NCBI RefSeq assembly: GCF_009914755.1
Contig: NC_060926.1
Length of the DNA stretch: 64,000 bases
Source of the DNA: the human T2T-CHM13v2.0 reference genome, Homo sapiens
Strand: one strand, 5' to 3'
Position 1 is the first letter of the stretch; each line of letters opens with the position of its first letter. The notes under the pieces were generated by a model, which was given only the letters and a program-made list of their open reading frames with translations, did not search any database and was not told the origin of the DNA. Positions 56,546-64,000 of this stretch are shown here, piece by piece. Position numbers and translations under genes: made by a program.

Positions 56546-57588
56546 GTCAGAATCAGCTGTTGAAATGCAGTGGGGCGTATGACCATGCTCCCCATTTAAC
56601 AGATGGAGTAGTTAGGCCCAAGGTCACACAGTTGGGTTAGAGCTAGGGACAAAGACCTTTCTACTCAAAACCCGAGGCTTCTCTATGTACATTTCAAAAG
56701 GCTTAAATTTTGGCTTATCTTTTTACCCAGAAAGTCTACTTCTGGGAATTATTATAAGGAAATAATGAATGGGAATAAAGAGTTAGAAACAATAATTTTT
56801 AACCCAGTATATTTTTGTGAAAAAAAAATGGGAATAATGTGAAAGTCTAATAGTATGCAGTTAGTGAAATCAATAATGATACATACATACAATGGAATAC
56901 TATGCAGCCATTACAATTATACCACAGAAGAAAAGGCAATGGCCTGGAAAAATATATTGTTCATAATATATTGTTACATAAAAAGTAGGCTATAAAACTG
57001 TTGTTTAACAAAACAGATCTAGAAAGATTAAGAGATGTATACAGCAACATTTTACCTGTAGTTTCCTCTGCATGATGGAATTGTAGATGATTTTAATCTC
57101 TTAGTTTGTGCTTCTTTTTTCCAGATTTCTTTGGTTGAGGATATGTAACAAAGAATATCTTTGGTGAGAACATTGCAATCAGAAAAAAATGTCCGTGTAA
57201 CCATTTTTTAAGATTAATTCTATTTTCACTAAGAACACTGATTTTCAGACATAGCTATAGGTATCACAGGGTTCTATATGGAATTTCTAGAAATACAGTG
57301 GGGAGTTCATGGCAACAGCCTTCTCAAGACCTGTCTTCCATGCCCACGAATTCCTAGGATAAGAAACAACACTCGGGAGGTTTCTAAAGTTCCCGACCTC
57401 AACTGCCCTCAGAGAGGGGTCATTATATCCAGGGCAATGTTAGTGAGCCACAGTATGTGCGTTGGGAACCATGTAGAGAACAGGAAACTACAGATGCTTT
57501 TTAAGACACTTATGAGAATTGTTCTTTCTAAAGTTTAAAGTGCCTGGCACATATTTGGTGCCTAATACTGGCTAAATAAGGAGATGTT

Positions 57589-57910
<322 letters not shown>

Positions 57911-58030
57911 TTAAACAGGTAAGTATTTACCTGTTTAAAAGAAAAATTACTAGAAAATATTAAACAGTGAAATGACCAGTGTGTCCTCAGCACAACACCT
58001 TCTACAAATTATATTAGGAGTAGCAAACAA

Positions 58031-58308
58031 GGCAGTGGCTCACACCTGAAATCCCAACACTCTGTCTGGGAGGCCGAGGTGGGTGGATCACCTGAAGTCA
58101 GGAGTTCGAGACCAGCCTGGACAACATGGTGAAACCCCGTCTCTACTGAAACTACAAAAATAACCTGGACATGGTGGTGGGCACCTGTAATCCCAGCTAC
58201 TCAGGAGGTGAGGCAGGAGAATCACTTGAACCCAGGAGGCGGAGGTTGCAGCGAGCCGAGATCGCGCCACTGCACTCCAGCGTGGGCGACAAGAGCAAAA
58301 CTCTGTCT

Positions 58309-58339
<31 letters not shown>
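58031..58339 (+). mobile_element. AluS
   Basis: Dimer with ~30-nt poly(A). Confidence 0.95.
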
Positions 58340-58341
<2 letters not shown>

Positions 58342-59112
58342 AGTAGAAAACAGAATGACTCTCAGGGGCACTCCGCTTTTTCTGGAGTTGTTCCTGGGTC
58401 TCCTGACCACCCAAGTCTGACTGAGTTCTCCCACATTTATCCCAGCTGTCACGGATGAGAGGCACTTTCTCTTCTGCTGACCTTCTGGCTCCTGGTGATA
58501 CTGTCTACAGCACAGATGGAAAGTACCCAGGAAACAGCATAACAACAACAACAAAAAATCACATTTTTTAGCTTCAAAGCAAACACCAAAGTTAAAAGCC
58601 CAACGCCTGAAGGAATTTAAGGACCAAAGTTATTTAGGGCAGAAGCTAAAAGGAGGTGGCCTACCCCCTACCCACGGACCCCAGGCTTCAAATAGGTGAA
58701 GGTTGGAGGCTGCCAGGCCCTGAGCAAGCATCATCAAAGAAGAGCACATCCAAGAGTACCCCAGTGCTCACTCTGCTTTGAAGACAAACAGCCCTCCTAA
58801 TTAGAAACAGCTTCATTCACATGCCAGATGTCCATGCTTCCCTTCCAATTATTTTCAGAAACATCATAAAGAACCATTAGCGGCAGTGCAAAATATCCTG
58901 GGTTGTTTTTTAAAAGAATTTGTCCATTCTTATGAGTTCAGTTTGATATGAAGAAGATTGCAATCCGCCTATTCCTAAGAGGTTTTTGGAGCAGGAGAGG
59001 GACTCAAGATAAGGATGTGTAAGGATTTGATCACCAGAAATACTACCACATATTTGGTTTAAGCATAAAGAACAAGCATCTTACAAAAATGTTAGCCAAA
59101 TGTCTCTTTACA

Positions 59113-59114
<2 letters not shown>

Positions 59115-59151
<37 letters not shown>
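59115..59151. repeat. (CA)n microsatellite
   Basis: About 18 uninterrupted units. Confidence 0.97.
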
Positions 59152-59154
<3 letters not shown>

Positions 59155-62100
59155 TTAGTACACCCTGAGCATTTATCTAAGAATAACATGAACAATCAAA
59201 AGTTTTTGGAAGCAGAGGATCTAGATCATGAGTTATAGTTCTGAATTCTGTGTTGGTCAGACTACTTCGAAATACATTGTCCACTTCAGGAAACCACATC
59301 TGGAAAGGGACATTGACCAATTCAAGAAACCCCAGAAAGTGGGAAGAGCACAACCATGGTGGACCATAGACTTCTTTAGGGCAGGGTCTGTGCCATGCCT
59401 TTGCTCACCCCCACTGCCCTGGCACAGTGCTTTATACATAGACCATGCCGTAAGATATTTGTTGAATAAATGAGTAAATAATTCATATGTCATGCATAAT
59501 TGTTGAAGGAAGTACAGTTGGTTAACTCAGAGAATAAAAGGTACAGAGGACATGACAGCTCATGTCACATACCTAAAGGGGTACCACAGAGAATAGGGAA
59601 AAGATGTATTCTCTCTTGGTCTTTGGATCAGAATGAAGACTATTTAGTGAAAGCTACAGGAAAGCAGCTTTGACCCAGGATTATTATTATTTTGTGTATC
59701 CACCATAAATAACTGTGTGAGGCTCGGGTACATTCTCACACTCAAACTTTAATTTGAGCATTAGAGGGATATAGAAAGAAATTTGGGCTTGTGGCCAGAT
59801 TAATAACTTGTTCAAGAAATCTTTACTGAGATAGTGCCAGAGGATGCTGAGAAGCAGGGTGAATAAGTAACCAAAAAGGCAGGGTTTCTTCCTTTTTGAA
59901 GCTTCCGGTCTATTCAGGAATGCAGACAAGTCAGCAGGTAATCACGGTGTGCACAGGTGAGATGGACTGTGATAAGGGAAGTTCGGGCGCCTCCTGCAGT
60001 GGGTGCTCCAGCATCCCAGGGGGCTTAGATGAAGCAAAAATGGGGGATGTGATAGGGGTGGAGGATGATCCAGCATGCATATGAGCTCTAAGGCAGGACA
60101 GAGTGGCACTTTGGAGAACCCTCCACCGTCCTTAAACCAGCCCCACTTCCCACTTCCAGTTCTACCCACTCTTGGCTTAGGAAATTTTCTCCTCTTTTTG
60201 CCCTGAAAATTAGCCTTGGTGGCTGAGTTTTGCTTTTCAGGTTCTCATTGCTAGTGCTTATTTTGACGCTTAGTGACCATCTCATTCCTACTATTGGCCC
60301 GCAGTAGGGAATCAGACCTTTAGTAGACACGGAGCTCTTCAAATACAGAGTGAACTTGGGGCATCTGATCATGTGGGTCAAGATGAACACTACAGAATAC
60401 AACTGAGAGCCACATGTGAGTGAAGCTGTACTCGAGCTGACAATACTGACATTCAAAAAGCAACAGGATGATGAGAATGTTCTGGAATTAGAGGGTAGTG
60501 ATAGTTACACAACCTTGTGAATATACTACTGCACACCTTAACATGGTGAATTTTATGGTACGTAAATTACATCTCAATAACATTTAAAAAAAAAAAAAAA
60601 AGCAGCAGCAGATGGCTGCTGGAGGAGGCTGAGCTTAAATACCCCTGGTTACACTTCCTCCTTTCCTTGTATTTACTGGAAGGAGAAGGATTTGTCCTAA
60701 GATGAATAGTTTTTTCATCTTCAGAAATTCCTGACAAGCTACTACCCTGTCAAGGCATGAAAAATTTCATTAGTGCTGACTTGGTACACAGTCTATTAAT
60801 TAGTACCTAAATAATTGCATGTTGCCTCTGTGTCATGATTTATAATTGTATGCATGCTTTGATCTTTCTCATCACAGGCAGCACTGAGAAGTGAAGGAAT
60901 ATTTGGGAGGATCAGAAGCTTGGTCCTGATTTTGCCATCAACAGGAACTTGATGACTTCAAGGGAGTCCCCAAACCCTGGGTTTCTGTTTTCTCAACTCT
61001 AACATGAGGGGCTAGATGCATCTGGTTTAGTTAGTCTCCATGATGGTTTAGTTCGTCTCCATGATCCTGTGAATTTCAGATGTTGAAAATCTTCGGAAAA
61101 GCCCTGAAAGATGAACAGGTAGGAGTTATTGTCTATATTTTACCCATGAGGAAACTAAGGACCTGGGAATCTAGAGGGCTCATTAGCTTTTGAACCAGTA
61201 CTAGCAATGAGTTCATCTGAATTCTGGTCCCAAACTCCTAGCATGAGAGAAATGTGGACCTTTCATTCCAGGAGTTTAGCATGTAGGAGGTATTCAGCTG
61301 GTGAGGGATTAAGGCAAGATTACAGGTTCTTGAGAAACATAAGCGACAGAGACAAGAACATCAGAAAGGGCCGCTGTGACTCGGGTCGTGGCTGCCGATG
61401 GAGCTCGTAAGTCAGGAGAGGTTGTTTGCTGAGAAGCTTGCATTCCCTAGAGCCCAAGTGGGTGTTGCCAGGAAACCCTGAGTTTTCCAACTTGGCAATC
61501 AGTGCACAGCTGAGTTTTTATAGGAAATTGCCCAGCTCTTTGGAAATTGTATGTGGTATAAATATGGTTTTGAAATTCTATATATTAGCTTAGCAAAAGG
61601 CGGAAATATTTTGAAACCCATGGATTTGGGAGATCTGCCGGCATTGCTATTAAAATTACTTTCAGCAGAATTGTACAATATGACATTATATTGCTCAAAA
61701 TGACTCAATTTTCTAATCTTTGAGACTTCTTAAAAAGAAATGAACCCCAAGTAGAGTAAAGGTGGACTGCAAAAAACAGCTTAGTCTGAATGAAAAAAAT
61801 TCATCCTTGGCTCTGCATCTAAGAAACTGGCTGTGTGTCCTCAGACAATTCACTTAATGTCTCAGATCCTCAACGTCTTCAACTGCAAATAAAGGGGTTA
61901 GAGGAGATCATCTTTAAAGCCCAACTCAGCTCTAACATACTATGATTGGATACCATACACTTGTCCACATTCTTTTCTCTAGCACTTGGGGATTTCTGCT
62001 CTTCCAGCCTTTACAAATACAACCTTTCACTGTCACACTCATTCTTCCTTGTCCTTAAAACAGAAAGCCCAGGCATAGTCTGATGCCACTTCTGAGGGCT

Positions 62101-63219
62101 ATAGCAGGTGGCATCTAGTGTCTCTATAGTAACTATTTACACTCCTAGGGAAAATTATCTCACAGAAGCATAGAGAGCCTGACCTTGTCTATAAAGACAG
62201 TAAGGTACAATGATTAAAAGAATAGGCTCTAAAGTCAGGCAGACCTGGGTAAATCTGCCACCTACTAGAGAGCTTGGGCAAGCAAGTTCACCATGCCTGG
62301 TACCTAGTGAGTGCTGTGGGCCTCTATTCTGGAGGGACAGCAGGGCCTTACGAAACCAGCATGAGATTGTAAATGCCTTGCAGGCTGGATTTTCAAGAGG
62401 AAATGCTACCCCCTTTTTCTCCAACATCTCTGGCAAAATTGCTAACCCAAAGGTACTAGGCCCAGCTAGTTATGAAGGGGATGGAAGTGATCTCTATCCA
62501 AGGGAAGAACATTTGAATTGATGTTTAAAGGAGTTGTTTAGATTCTTATGAAGGAATAGAGGAAGAGTAGAGGCAAAGACAGAGAAGGGGATGGATGAGA
62601 ATAAAGAACAAGAAAAGAAGCAGTAGGAGACAAATGAGAAGGTTAAAGCTGATAATTTTTACTTTTATGATAAAAGGAATTTCTAAGCAAATTCTAACCA
62701 TTTTATCAAGAAGAAACAAATTCACTAACTTATATTTCTGCTTAAAGAAATGCATGGGCATTTTCTTCGCATGTGCAGTTTGTTTAAAAATTAGGCATTG
62801 AATGCTTTTTAAAAAATATCTAGATCTATTCTGGACATGCACATTCCAATTGATAGATAGATCAAAATGTCTGATTTTCTTACTGGTAACTTGGCACCAG
62901 TTGCCAGTGGCTTCATATGAACCTATCAGCTGCTGTGGGATGGCAGAGCAGTTAAGAGTCCAAGACTAGTCCACGCAGGCCTGCAGCTCCCACATTCTGA
63001 TGCATCAAAGCCACAGCAAGTTCCTAAAACATAGGCTCTGGATCCAGATGCTTTTGGTTCAAATTTTCACTTCATTATTTCTCAGATGTGTGACTTATGG
63101 CAATTACTTACTTCTCTAAGGCTCACTTTCCACATCTGTAAAATAGGGCTAATGATAGTATTTGCTTCATAAGATTGGGGATTGAATGGGATAATGCACT
63201 TAGCTCAATACTCACCCAT

Positions 63220-63222
<3 letters not shown>

Positions 63223-63250
<28 letters not shown>

Positions 63251-63534
63251 GAGACAGAGTCTTGCTCTGTTGCCCAGGCTGGAGTGCAGTCGTGCGATCT
63301 TGGCTCACTGAAATCTCCACCTCCCAGGTTCAAGCAATTCTCCTGCCTCGGCCTCCCATGTAGCTGGGATTTCAGGCACACACCAACACCCCCGACTAAT
63401 TTTTTTGAATTTTTAGTAGAGACAGGATTTTACCATGTTAGTCAGGCTGGTCTCAAACTCCTGGCCTCAAGTAATCCGCCCACCTTGGCCTCCCAAAGGG
63501 CTGGGATTACAGGCGTGAGCCACCACTCCCAGCC
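63223..63534 (-). mobile_element. Alu (J/S-like)
   Basis: Poly(T) plus antisense dimer. Confidence 0.95.
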
Positions 63535-64000
63535 AACAATATTCAATTACATACTCAATTACTATGTTCTTTTTCTGGTAACTAGAATGTAGGATCTTAT
63601 GATTGGCCCCAAGTTCAAAGATATGGGCAAGTAAGTATAATATAAGAGTGTAGATACAGATTTTGTAGGATATATGCCATGGCCTCTGTCCCATATCAGT
63701 TTAATACCTATTTTCCAATGTAATGCCCTGAAATCCCAGAAGAGGAAAAAAGAATTTTTTTCTAACAATTAGAAACATGATAAAAAAAACTATCAAAGGT
63801 ATATTCATTCAGCCATGCAAATTGTAAAACCATAGCAATCATTCTATTTGTTTGGTCACAGTTTAAAAAAGGAAATTTGCTATAAGAAAAATAAATACAA
63901 ACAAACACAAAAAGAGTTGAATGCCACCTGCAGAAGAAGCACCAATCCAACTATTTTACCCTGCCCACATTCACCATGTTTCTCACAATTGCCTATAAAA

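Overview
Human (primate) genomic DNA containing the complete CYP1B1 gene on the minus strand. Its structure is non-coding exon 1 (14666-~15036), exon 2 (13232-14275) and exon 3 (~6490-10196), which splice to an intact 543-aa cytochrome P450 1B1 carrying Val432. The gene has a CpG-island promoter, an AhR/XRE enhancer and a 3.1-kb 3'UTR with the miR-27b site. A plus-strand terminal exon, probably the distal last exon of RMDN2, converges on the CYP1B1 3' end. The remaining ~48 kb upstream is non-coding and repeat-rich: a 5.7-kb two-LTR HERV-H provirus (LTR7, TSD ATACA) co-oriented with CYP1B1, three 5'-truncated L1PA insertions (two with twin-priming inversions), about a dozen Alu/FLAM copies, MER50, MLT1 and LTR16-like LTRs, DNA-transposon fossils and microsatellites. 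No new protein-coding system can be demonstrated from the sequence. The best leads are regulatory: (1) an LTR7up-like HERV-H whose intact splice donor could feed CYP1B1 exon 2; (2) a distal inverted pair of perfect XREs ~20 kb upstream; (3) a 115-bp ~94%-identical inverted repeat at the window start; (4) a 29-bp tandem duplication whose junction creates an XRE. Repeat subfamily names are from recall of consensus sequences, not from a search.
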